Source of the DNA: Octopus sinensis
Lineage: Eukaryota
Reading direction: 5' to 3'
Assembly (NCBI RefSeq): GCF_006345805.1
Contig: NW_021824264.1
Coordinates: 1-19,220, forward strand
DNA: 19,220 bases
How positions within the stretch are numbered: the first letter of the stretch is position 1; every line of letters begins with the position of its first letter. Made by a program: the position numbers and the translations under genes. Below are positions 1-10,342 of the stretch, in pieces. Below the pieces are notes generated by a model. It saw nothing but the letters and a program-made list of their open reading frames with translations. It was not told where the DNA came from and did not search any database.

Positions 1-886
1 CTTTGGGTTGTCGTATTTTGCCTATTTTAGGCGTCTTCTGCGTTTTTGTTCCCAATGGGGTTTGCCTCAATCTGGAATTGACAAATTTATCAAAAAAACT
101 CACAATATTTAGATTTGTGGTTAAATTGCTCGAATAATTTTTATTAAAATTTCACAATTACTTTATGTTGGTTATTCTAGAATTCAATTTAATCAATTAA
201 TTATGGAAAATAATGAGCGATCCAATTCTTAATAATTAGTTCAACCTGACTTCAGGAATGGTAGGTTTTCAGGAATGGTAGGTAAAGAGGTGTAATACAG
301 CCAATAATTCCGAATGTCAGATTTGTAGAACTTTGTTGATAGTTCCGGGTTTTTCTCATACAATTAAACTTTATATGTAAAATAATTTAAAAATTATAAA
401 TGTAATTAAATTCTGATTAATAATCTAAAATGATATAATTTTAAATTGTATAAAAGTTAAGAAATTCCCAAATTGTTTAAAAAAATTAATGAAAATAATA
501 ATCAATAGTTTTTTTCTTCATAGATAAATTTCTGATCATGTTGTTAATTGATTCAAGTGAACTTAAATCAAAATTTTCATTTTGATAATAAAATTTCTTT
601 AATTTATCGTGGGAGTTTTGAGGGTCTTTGATTTGGCAGGGAATCTTGTAGTCGGGGATGTCATATTTGTAGATTCCTCCGAGATTTGACGTTATTCCCT
701 TTTTGTTGATTACATAATCTTCTGGTTTGTCAGCTAAAGGGACTGTTTGTGTGTTTTTTAATTGTCCTTTTACTCGGGATGGAGTATAACTTGTGTTTAC
801 TAACCAATTCATGTTTGGAATTTCTAATTTAGTATTTAATGTTTAATACCTGAACTTATTGGATCTGATTCGTTGTCACAACTCAT
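1..886 (-). pseudogene. Probable NRDE2-like gene, 5' part, disrupted downstream of 486 and possibly running off the window start
   Basis: ATG at 886, a 37-nt exon and a 26-nt GT-AG intron (824-849) join in frame to ORF 486..812 (MSCDNESDPISSEIPNMNWLVNTSY...). MNWLVNTSY and VINKKGITSNLGGIYKYDIPDYK resemble recalled NRDE2 N-terminal motifs (DWLSNPSF; FTDKKPD..N....LYRGDIARYK). The downstream minus-strand pieces (YWLYYTSLP, RSLFSI, SRLRQT) are only loosely compatible and contain stops. Recall-based, not searched. Confidence 0.4.
251..283. repeat. Tandem duplication with 17-nt period (TTCAGGAATGGTAGGT x2)
   Basis: Identical 16-mers at 251-266 and 268-283. Confidence 0.9.
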
Positions 887-1210
887 GGCACCACAAGAAC
901 ATTCTTTAATTAAACTTTTTTTATTTTAAATAATTATGAAAATATATATATTAATAATACACTTATTAATTATGAATGACTCTGATTCAATAAATAAGTT
1001 AAATGGACTTGAAATTATTTTTCCACAGGAAACCATTTGATATTATGTCAGATTGTAAAAATTTCTACTTTGTAAAACATAAAATATTATTTTAAAATAT
1101 TTAGCAAAATTTGTGAACTAAATCATAGTTTCTGTTTATTCATTGTTCAATTATGTAAGAAATTACGTTTTAAAAAATAATATAACCCGTATTGTGACGT
1201 TTTTTTAGAA

Positions 1211-2173
1211 ATGGATTCTTTTTTTAATCCATTAGTATTAAACTCTAACAATTTGTACATTCCTAATTATTTTTACTCCACTGTTGATAACCAATATATT
1301 TCCGATTTTTATCTAAATAATTTAAACTTGGTCAACTTGGCAACTGAAATGTCAACCAACGTATTTGCTTCATTTGACACTCCAAATAATTGTTCTCTCT
1401 TATTCCACACCGAAAGCCCAATAAATTATTTTTCAGGATTCAATCACCCTGAATTTATGTTTTACGACAATCCACAAGAAATTGAAATTCTTATTGTCCC
1501 TTTGATGGCTGTATATATAACTTTTCAAATATTCATCCTTCAGAGGTTCATTATGACGACTTGTCCTGTCCTTCTGAAATTCAGATTAATCCTTATACAT
1601 ATCCGCAATTTTGTAAACCTTATATTATCGACAATCCACAAACAAATAGACAACCTTCTCCGTTTTTGAAATACAAAATTCAATCTTTGCCAAAAACTTC
1701 ACAAATAAATAAAAACTCTACTATTTCATCTGAAATCCAATTGAAACAAGTTTGTGTCACCTCTGAACAGTTTGACACGAAAATTTTAGGTGAAAACAAC
1801 CGTTCTCCTACCAAAATAAACTTTAAAGACAAAAAGCCAGCCGAATTATCAAATAAAGATCAAAAGAGTTTGGCAAAGTAATAATTTTTGATATTTTATT
1901 GTTTAGGATTGAAAAGAAAAGAAAAACTGCACTTCGTATGAAAATTCTACGACAAGAAGAACAAAAACAATTAAATGAATTAAAGAAGAAATTGAATATC
2001 ACTAGTAAAACCCAAGTGGAAACCTTAAAAAAATAGCCGCGGGATTGAAACAGACAAAAGAGACAGTTATGGAAAATATGGTGCACTCTTTTATGAAAAT
2101 GGGAGCTATCATAAATGAGATACACGGAAATAGCCACGATAAATACAAGGAAAAACATGACTTACCTTTATAA
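1211..2173 (+). CDS. Unidentified two-exon gene with low-complexity N-terminus and a basic/helical C-terminus weakly resembling bHLH; two apparent -1 frameshifts
   Basis: ORFs 1211..1669 and 1561..1881 join if one A is added at 1485-1487. A 29-nt GT-AG intron (1878-1906) removes the TAA and gives LAKIEKKRKTALRMKILRQEEQKQLNELKKKLNITSKTQVETLKK. One extra A in the A7 run at 2027-2033 continues IAAGLKQTKE...HDLPL to TAA at 2171-2173. Confidence 0.55.
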
Positions 2174-2338
2174 CTAGTTTTATTATTTGCGGCCGTAGAT
2201 AAAATATTAGACTGAATAAAGTTTTAAACTACTTAATGAGTGCCTGAATGGATAAGATCACTATTTGAAATCAGATCAAAACTACAAATATTTGTAATTG
2301 ATTAAATTCAACTTATTTAAGCGAAACCAACAAAAAAG

Positions 2339-2917
2339 TTAAAAAAACAAGAAATAAGAAAAGCTATTTTTTAAGAAGCCAATCGATACTGAAGACTGGA
2401 GGATCGTCTGAAATATAATTTTATTTTTGTCAAAAATACCGTTTCTGTCATCTTTCTTATACCCTTTATCATCTTTTTGATCTTCGCCGCATCTCTTTTG
2501 ATCTTTTTCTTGGTCTCGAAGTGCTTTTGGTTTTCTGTTGACACACACTTTTGGGATTTCCAAATTTCTCATAAAATGTGTATATGTCCGTTTTTTATCG
2601 ACGACATCTGATAAAATAATTGTTATACTAATCAAACAATATATTTGCCAGTCATCAGTTGTGATAGGGTCTGGTAGTCTTATAAATTTGGCTCTTGGAT
2701 TATCCCATTGACGCATAGCTTCTCTCTCGATATCTATAAACGCATCCCAACGTTTGCCCCAAATGTCATCATTCATTGTATTTGAATCGTCCCATTCTCT
2801 CCACAGAGATTTTCTTTGAGTCTCATTTTGGCTATTCCAGTTGATGTCTGAGCACTCATCAGCTTTACATCGACATGGAATTCTCATGCAAGTACAGTTG
2901 TGATTATCTTCAGGCAT
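2339..2917 (-). CDS. Orphan Trp/Asp-rich protein with a Cys-rich N-terminus (CTCMRIPCRCKADEC)
   Basis: 192-aa uninterrupted ORF, visibly less AT-rich than its flanks. A candidate in-frame 30-nt GT-AG intron (2608-2637) would remove the hydrophobic stretch CLISITIILSD. No recognised family. Confidence 0.55.
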   Translation of the reverse strand: MPEDNHNCTCMRIPCRCKADECSDINWNSQNETQRKSLWREWDDSNTMNDDIWGKRWDAFIDIEREAMRQWDNPRAKFIRLPDPITTDDWQIYCLISITIILSDVVDKKRTYTHFMRNLEIPKVCVNRKPKALRDQEKDQKRCGEDQKDDKGYKKDDRNGIFDKNKIIFQTILQSSVSIGFLKNSFSYFLFF

Positions 2918-3139
2918 ATTTGATCGTTAACGCGTAAATAATATTGACTGTATTTATAGTCGATTTGGGGCGTTTCGGCTTAATAAAATTAGAAAATCAA
3001 AAAAAATTTACGGCATTGACGCGTAATTTATTATTAAAATAGTAAGAAAATACATTTTATTACTAATATTTTTTCAATATATTATTAGTAAAAAAAAGAA
3101 TCCCGAAACAGTTTTTATTTACTTTTTTTGCATAACACA

Positions 3140-4739
3140 AATTCTTGAGTTTAGCCATTTCCTCAATGGCTTGTTCGTCCTGTGGCGTCCAACAGGGTGA
3201 TCCTTTGGGCCCATTACTGTTCGCTCTTGCAGTGGATGCCATTGCCCGCGTTAATGAATCGCCCCTTAATCTTTGGTATCTCGACGATTGCACCCTGGGC
3301 GGTCCGCCTGATCTTTTGCTAAAGGACTTAGCCAGACTAATTCCGGCTTTATCCGACATTGGTCTGGTTATTAATTCCAGCAAGTCCGAGATTGTCAATC
3401 TCTCTGTTGAGCCATCCCTGTTTAAGAACTCCTTCTCTCTTTTTTGCAAACTCCTTCCTGAGTTGAGACAGACACCTCTGTCTGATCTGGAAATTCTGGG
3501 GTCACCGATTCTCGCCGACTCAGCTACTCGAATCCTCCTTGGCAAGAAAAATCTTATTGCATCTCTTTGTGCAAAACTTTCTGTCATTGATCCTCATCCT
3601 TCATTTTACATCCTCAAGAACTATCTTTTGATCCCAAAAATTGTTTATATCCTGAGGAGCTCACCTTGTTTTTATGCAACCCAAATCTGGAATCTTATGA
3701 TTCCTTGGTTCGGAGGTCTGCGGAGAAAATTCTCAATGTGCATTTCGACGATATTGCCTGGTGTCAGGCTAAACTTCCTGTGAGCCACGGGGGTCTGGGC
3801 CTCCGTTCTAGTATGGATTTGGCTCTTCCTGCCTTTCTTTCTTCGGCGTCTGGATCATATCTTCTTGTCCAAAAGATTCAGGAAAAAACTACTGAATCAT
3901 CGTTAGACTCTGATATTGATTCGGCCCTCGCTTTTTGGAAACGCAATTTCTCTGAAGTCCTTTCCGATGTCTTTTCTCAGCGAGACTGGGACAAAATTCT
4001 TTGCCGTCGATCTTCAACATGACTTGGAACCACTCCTCGACCAACACAGACTGACATGTTTCCGATCCGCCTGTCAGCCATACTCAGGCTCCTGGTTGAA
4101 TGTTCTCCCGTCTCCGCTTTTGGATACTGTCCTCGATAGGGATTCACTCCGTCTGGGTATCTGTAATCGCCTTGGACTCCCTGTCTGCAGACCTCACCCA
4201 TGTCGTTGTGGGGATAAAGTTGACGCCTTTGGGCTACATCCTGTCGAATGAGCGCCGGCCGATTTCCTCGGCACACCGAAATCAACAATCTAATTCAGAA
4301 AGCTCTGGAAAGAGCTGGTTTCCCTTGTATTCTGGAACCGACGGGCCTTGTTCTTGAAGATGCAAAACGTCCGGACGGCTGTACGCTGTTCGTTTTTGAA
4401 TCCGGGAAACAGCTCGTTTGGGACGTCACCTGTTCCGACTCTTTCGCCAAGGGTGCCTTAAATGCTACGGCTTGTCGACCCGGTTCGTCGGCCGAGAAGG
4501 CCGAATTCGCAAAACTAACGAAATATGAGGATTTACTCGATCGATTTTGCTTTTGGGCAATTGCCGTCGAAACTTCCTGTGTTTTTGGGGCCAAGACGCT
4601 TGCTCATCTCAAGAAACTTGGCCGCTTGTGCACCCACCGCTCCAGAGATCCGAGGGAATTTATATTCCTTATTCAGAGGATCTCGCTGGCTGTTTTACGC
4701 GGGAATTGTTTTTCAATCCTGCGAGCCAGTTCATAGTAG
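3140..4739 (+). mobile_element. 5'-truncated CRE-clade-like non-LTR retrotransposon (RT + zinc knuckle + restriction-like endonuclease), frameshifted
   Basis: Consecutive ORFs give RT motifs GVQQGDPLGPLLF and WYLDD, GGLGLRS, the zinc knuckle CRCGDKVDAFGLH(PLS)C, RHTEINNLIQKAL, the RLE core RPDGCT...VWDVT, AVETS and QRISLAVLRGN. No APE domain. It starts mid-RT; frame breaks lie near 3670, 4015 and 4245. Confidence 0.88.
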
Positions 4740-4929
4740 CTAGTTTTTTTTGATGATTTCTTTTGTGGTTTTTAAGATATATTCCAAAAAAAAATTTTAA
4801 CTTTTGTAGATACTACGGTCTAATAATGATGAGATAAATATTCAATTTAATTTGTTTACAGTTCGGAGAAGACTGCAAGAAGTATTTAATTCTTAAAAAC
4901 GCAACATTTTTATTAATAAGACTAAAATA

Positions 4930-5760
4930 AACATTTAAAATTAAAAATTTTTCAAAAAATATGACCCTTCAGATTTAAAGCTTTTTATTTTGAAGTATTT
5001 TGCATTTGCCATCCAGCCTACAGTTTTAGACATCTACTTACAAGAATTTAAATATTTTTCTAAAATTGACATGATTTTCTTCTTGTCTTTTTTCATCATA
5101 TTTATTTATTTTTCAAGTAAAACACAAGAAGCACCTCAATTTGGATATAACTTGGGAAAAAATCAGTTTATCTTACATTAGACAACATCAAAAGTCTGTT
5201 TTGCTAGACTCAGAAAATCCTATAAGTTATTTTCAATGCTCACGTGTGCTTCTTTCCCAATGTCTTAACAAAATGTGAAAAAAAGACCAACGTCTTGAAA
5301 TGTCTTTTGAGCCTTTGGAAGTTTGGAAAACACCCCTGAACACGTTGGGCCTAGTCAACATGTTCACAGAAATATGCAATGTTGATCTATAGATATTGAA
5401 TTGGTTGACATTGCAAAATTAAAACGTGTTCCTATCAATCTTTGGCTCAACTTACTCATGCGAGCAAGTTTTTTAAAGCATAAGCATTATGAAATTTAAA
5501 TAGCTCACCAATTTACTAGCCAGAATCTAAAATTCTGCTTGGAGACCAAAGTCATGTTTTAAAGCTTCGAAATTATTTTTTGTGCCAAAGTTTAATTATA
5601 AAACATCACTCACCAAACTGTACGCCAATTCAATGAGTATCTCCAGCCCCTTCAAGTCACCCCTTCTCTCGTCTTTTCCACATTTCCGCTTTCGTCCCCA
5701 GCGCTCACTCGCCTTCCCTGTCAATGAATATTATATCTTAAATATTATAAAAATAGCCAA
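4930..5760 (-). CDS. Unidentified multi-exon host gene with tiny introns; exact frame and boundaries uncertain
   Basis: Regularly spaced GTRAG donors paired with AG acceptors give introns at 5432-5455 (24 nt), 5220-5243 (24), 5151-5176 (26) and 5018-5041 (24). Flanking exons read e.g. DFLSLAKQTFDVV and KYDEKRQEENHVNFRKIFKFL|LDGKCKILQNK. Several frame breaks. Confidence 0.5.
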
Positions 5761-5879
5761 TTATTTCAAAATATTTTAATAACCTCAAAATTTCATGTGT
5801 TTACTGTTGTTCTTGTATGGTTCGTAAAAAGAATTTAAAGATTAATCTTTTTAAATAATTATCAATTACAGCTACTATT

Positions 5880-6237
5880 TCTTGCATTAAAAAAAATTTG
5901 GTTTACTATTTTGAAAGGAAAATTATATCGGAGACAACGATAATTAATTGTTGGCAGAAAATTAACGAAAACAGATCAAAAATTTCTGAAAATGTACAAT
6001 TGGACAAAGAATTAATAAATACGTAATAGCAGATGTTATAATAATGGATTCGACAGATATTATTTAGGACAAAATCACCTATAATGGAAATGAATCCAAA
6101 AAATCATCAATTAAGGAAATCATAAACATCATGAATTCTCTATAAGATAATATTTTTAGTACATGTCCACAAGGTTTAAAATTCTACTACGAATTTCGAA
6201 AAACCAATTTGGTAGAAAAATTACTGATTATTTTTAA
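5880..6237 (+). mobile_element. Decayed 3' remnant of a pogo/Tigger-like transposase
   Basis: ISETTIINCWQKI resembles the W..V...TI.NCW.K motif after the DDE_1 domain. The fragment ends in KITDYF* (6217-6237), like the C-terminal PIP-box (Q..I..FF) of pogo/Tigger proteins. In-frame stops; no TIRs seen. Confidence 0.45.
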
Positions 6238-7150
6238 TAGTATTTTTTGTCGGATTTATTTTAATTTTTACATTTTATTAAAAAAAGACAAAACGTCGAA
6301 CAATCCCAATCTCAGATGAGTATAGAGGACGACGGGATTTTTCTCTGACAGACTACAGGGAGTTGACCCCCCAACAGAACGAGGACTTGTTAGGCCTATT
6401 CACTAACTTCGGGTTAATTAAAACAGAGTCCTTTCTAAGTAAGACCATAAAGAAAACGGTTGATCTTAATGACCAGATTAATTAAAATCAGATTTTGATC
6501 TATTTAAAACGAATACAGCAATATTCTTTGAGTTATGTGTTTTTGTTAATTTAATGGCCAGGAGCTTATTTTTAATATGTCACGTTACGAACGCGGTATT
6601 ATCATAATTCCCAGTCCAGTCTTTAATAAATTAAGGAATGGGAATTTTTATGAAATTGAGAACCTTAATGTAAGACAATTTGATATCACTGTCTCGATAA
6701 TACGACTCTGATTCAAAAGTAATAACACAACACAAATGCTGAATTTTGTTGAGAGTCATTGCAGGAACTACTGAATATAAAATACAAAGTTGCAGTATTT
6801 AATTAGTAGTTCGGAGTAATTAAAACAGAACACTGTTTACTAGACAAACTGATTTAACTACGGTTGTTGTTGGTTATAGACTTATTTGATTAGTTTATTG
6901 CACTAAAAAGACTAATTTCTCCTGTCTATCAATTACTAATGTACACTCAAAGCACAGATAAAGGAAACTAGTAAGTTTAATAGTTACTATTGCATTATAG
7001 AATCAATAACTTTGTATTTAGATAAGTTCAATCGTAAATGAGTACACTTGGAAATTTATACAAAATTCAGTTTTAGAAAATAGGACAATATTATGGAGAA
7101 CTACTACTATTGGCTAAAAGTAACCCTTGTGTTGAATTTGAATGTATATC

Positions 7151-9196
7151 CAGGGTTGTTAAAAATCATGATTTTTTTCAAAAAAATCAAAAAAATCTGA
7201 TTTTTTTGATTTAATCACGTTTTTTGATTTAAATCAGATTTTTTTGATTAAATGATCTTTATTTCAAAACGACCCTTTCCACCTGGCTTATCAGAGAACC
7301 TCTCTCTTTGTACATAAACACTGAAAAACGGCCACGCAGAACGATCTATCGTAGTTCCTTATGTCCAACGGGATCACTTAACTAGTTTGCATTACGCTTT
7401 CTTCTTTGTGGTCTTCGGGTTAATAAATAAAAAAATATTTCAAAGCGAACTAAAATAAAAAACAAAAACAATGGAAATCGTTTTTATTATTTAAAAGCTT
7501 GTAAATGGAAAAAAGTTGGCTGCTTTTTCGATCCCCAGCCTATTGCGTACATTTGAATGTAGAAATCCGAATGTTGAAAAAATTCTTTCTATTCCACTGT
7601 CGAAGCAACTGCTCCAAGAATTTTTTTGCATAGTGAAATTACTTGTGAAGGTAACTGGTATGAATTCGACTCCCACCAAGCTATAGGTGATACTTTACTC
7701 AATAAATTCGGAGCAAACATGTATTGTTTAAATGGATCAGCTTTTGCTCTGAAATTAATCAGAGTCGGAAGTGCATATTCATAATTTTGAGCACAATAAC
7801 TCAATGCAATGTCAATCTCAACATTTGAAAGAGATTTCCCACTACATGTCGGGTCGATCAAATTCGCAAGTAAGTGGAAAGGTGTTAATGCTTGTTTTGC
7901 TCGAATTCTCACTTTTCCTAAAATATTCGTACATCCATTGTCAATATATGTCTGTTCAAGTTCTTTCCAAATTTCTACAGCATGACTAATCGTGGTAGAA
8001 TCATTCTGAATTTTATCTAAAGCGACAGCAATTGGTTTAATAAGCATCAGATATTCTTCAACGCGTCGTTTTAGGGAAATATTTTGGACCTTGGAAAAAA
8101 TCTCTGTATCAATATCCGTTCTGTGTTCCTCACAAGTTCTCAAAATAATAGACCAATTATCCAGATAAGATTGAAAACAGTCTGATAAAGTGTTCCACCG
8201 TACATCAATCGGAAGAACGAGTTTTTTTCCTCCATTAGATTTGTACCATGCAGCTGGAAGATGGACGTTTCGGAAATATTTATTGATTGTTACAATAGTT
8301 CCTTTAACGTCCGCTACCTCGACATCCTTACAAGAAGGTGAGATAATGTGCCGAGCAACCATAAGTAATTATTTCATTGCCATCTTCCATCATTATCCGT
8401 CTCATTTTAGTCATGTTGGCAGCATTATCCGTTACAAGACTGCCGATTTTACATCCAAACCGTTGTTCAGCCATTGTGCGGAGGCTAAAGCAACAGATTG
8501 AAGATATTCCGCAGTGTGGCTATATCCAGAAGTGTCCACAGTGTCAATGAGATAATTTTCCCCATCTGATGTCACAACCGAGACACAAATAACGGGTTCA
8601 TTATGAATGTTGCTCCACCCATCATAGACACTGTTTTGTCCTGGAGTCTTTGTCGACAGTCTTCATGTATTTGGTCGTACACATGATCAAGTAATGTACC
8701 ACCAATTTGATGACGAGAGGGTAAACGATACCCAGGAAGAAGCATTTGGACGAATTTGACAAATTCGGGATGTTCTACAGCAGCAAACGGAGTGTTTGTA
8801 GAAAATATGTATCTAGCGAGTTGCAGATCCATCAAATCTTTCTTAGATGAAGTCGTCGTAGTTACGAAATTGATTAATGAATGGTCCTTCATCCTTGGAG
8901 GAAATTCGCTTTCAGGTCTCGGCATATTTTCAGGGATATCAATATTACTTCGACATAATAAATGATGCTGCCTCATCCGAGATACAAGACCTTGTATGTC
9001 CTTCCCACAATTACGACATCTGGCACGGCTTCCGGTCTTTCCAGGAATAATACGTTTATCAAATAAGCCCACAAAGAATCACGCTTTCTTCCAGACATTT
9101 AAAAAATTTAAATGATTTTTTTGATTTTTTTTAATGATTTAAATCATTGATTTTTATTGTTGATTAAAATCAAATGATTTAAATCTAACAACCCTG
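7151..9196 (-). mobile_element. Full-length hAT DNA transposon (2046 bp)
   Basis: 11-bp TIRs CAGGGTTGTTA (7151-7161, inverted at 9186-9196). Near-perfect 8-bp TSD: GTATATC at 7144-7150 versus GTAATATC at 9197-9204, one base missing on the left. Dense subterminal GATTT/AAATC motifs at both ends; encloses a hAT transposase. Confidence 0.92.
7487..9098 (-). pseudogene. hAT transposase (BED finger, DDE core, C-terminal dimerisation domain), frameshifted in this sequence
   Basis: Stitched frames give MSGRKRDSLWAY(F), the BED finger CRNC...HHLLC, catalytic DGWSN, TDNAANM, the CxxH motif CSAH, DVRWNT and ERIFSTFG...RNRL. The frame breaks are mostly single-base losses. Confidence 0.88.
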
Positions 9197-9286
9197 GTAA
9201 TATCTTACTCTCACCTGTTAGACACAAATAAAATATTTCCAATCTCATTAAAACACTTTTTTAAACATAACAAAAAATATAATATT

Positions 9287-10144
9287 TTAAATATCCAAAG
9301 CCAGAATATTTTGAGCGTATCTGACAAATCGGTCAAATTGAAGTGGCCAGGCAGCTTAAAATAAAAACGTAAAATCCAACCACCAAAATCATAAAAACGA
9401 AGACTTTCCAAATCAGGAAATTGTCTATAAAAAACCAAAAAAGTATTCCAACAATCCTTCGTAATATTCTTCCCATCATCCTACCAAAAATGTAAAAAAT
9501 AAAAAAACAGAAATAAAATCAATCCAAATGGATAAAAACACATTTCCGTCAAACAAAAGTCGCCAATAAGCAATGGCCAAGTCAAATTCAAGAAAATCAA
9601 CATTTTTTGAATACTCAAAAACAAAGAAATAAATTCGAGAAAATTCTTTTTTGTCTTTTTGGACAATTTCAGCATATTTCAGACATTCTGTGGCCAATTC
9701 GCTCAATGTTTGGACACTACGTATATTTGTTTAAAACACCCTAAATCATGGAAGACTGATAAAAATTCGTAATAAGTAAATTGGCACTGTTTTTTGGCTC
9801 CCATTTTCCAGGCTAAAATAAGAACTTCAATTTTTTTGTGATCGAAATTCAAATCGATCAATATTTTTTTTATTCTGTGGGTCCAATTATAAAGTTATTT
9901 TCTGATTTTTATTTTTTGAATAATAACCAGAATAGCTGTGAAATAAAAGGTCGATTTTTGATAGTTTTTGTTTATTTTTTAAAAATTCTTCAGATATTTA
10001 GCCCATATTTCCGTTATGAACTAAAAACATGTTTTCACCCCAATCAGCTGAACAATCAAATAATTCAATTAATCTATTAACAGTCCATATTTTCTACAAA
10101 TTATTTAAAATAATAAAAAATACGTTTTTGACGTACTCCGTCAT
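9287..10144 (-). CDS. DCN1: DCN1/DCUN1D-like cullin neddylation E3 (UBA-like + PONY domains), six exons; one -1 frameshift and one in-frame TAA in this sequence
   Basis: Exons 10124-10144, 9928-10093, 9740-9901, 9509-9716, 9381-9480 and 9287-9354; introns of 30, 26, 23, 28 and 26 nt, all GT-AG. The spliced product contains IEVLILAWKMGAKKQCQFT, FSRIYFFVFEYSK, LEFDLAIAYWRLLF, ITKDCWNTFL and YDFGAAWPLQFDRFVRYA, matching DCN1 hallmark motifs. Frameshift near 9875; TAA at 9998-10000. Confidence 0.9.
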
Positions 10145-10342
10145 GTTTATTACGAAGCTATACAACAACTAGAAAACAAAAAATCATTTTTTTAATTTAA
10201 TAATAAATAAAATAAAACAAAATTAGATGCTAGAATTGTTTTGCGATCAATTTTTAAAGTGAGATTTATATTAAAAATAATGATTTTACTAATTTAAATA
10301 TATTTCCCAATTTTGTAAAATTTTTATTTATTGAATGAATAT

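Noticed and set aside
1-112. Plus-strand terminal exon after a 24-nt GT-AG intron at 7-30 (FGRLLRFCSQWGLPQSGIDKFIKK)
   Set aside because: Only 6 nt of upstream exon are visible, the frame cannot be fixed, and it conflicts with the equally weak minus-strand NRDE2-like reading; undecidable within this window.
875-1198. Solo LTR suggested by TGTCACAA...TTGTGACG ends, and a TGTCACG at about 6579
   Set aside because: Only a 7-bp inverted match, with no TSD, PBS or PPT. The left end lies in the first exon of the NRDE2-like gene, and the 6579 motif has no partner end.
2930-3024. Two ACGCGT (MCB-like) motifs upstream of the 2917 ORF
   Set aside because: Two hexamers with unknown taxon and no expression data are not enough to call a regulatory site.
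3063-4594. Minus-strand ORFs 3063..3587, 3977..4288 and 4295..4594
   Set aside because: Antisense shadows of the CRE coding sequence; no independent motifs.
3121-4760. Target-site duplication or target specificity for the first CRE (T7-8G on both sides)
   Set aside because: Poly-T similarity is expected by chance in this AT-rich background, and the sequences diverge immediately after the run.
6240-7150. Gene or LTR in the region left of the hAT
   Set aside because: No sustained ORF, tiny-intron pattern or terminal repeat that I could support.
2027-9880. Euplotes-type programmed frameshifting at stop codons (AAA-TAG at 2031-2036, GAA-TAA near 9870), attractive because of the tiny introns
   Set aside because: Most frame breaks (1485, 3670, 9060, 12890, 12960) have no adjacent stop, TGA is not used as Cys in DCN1, and homopolymer deletion explains them more simply.
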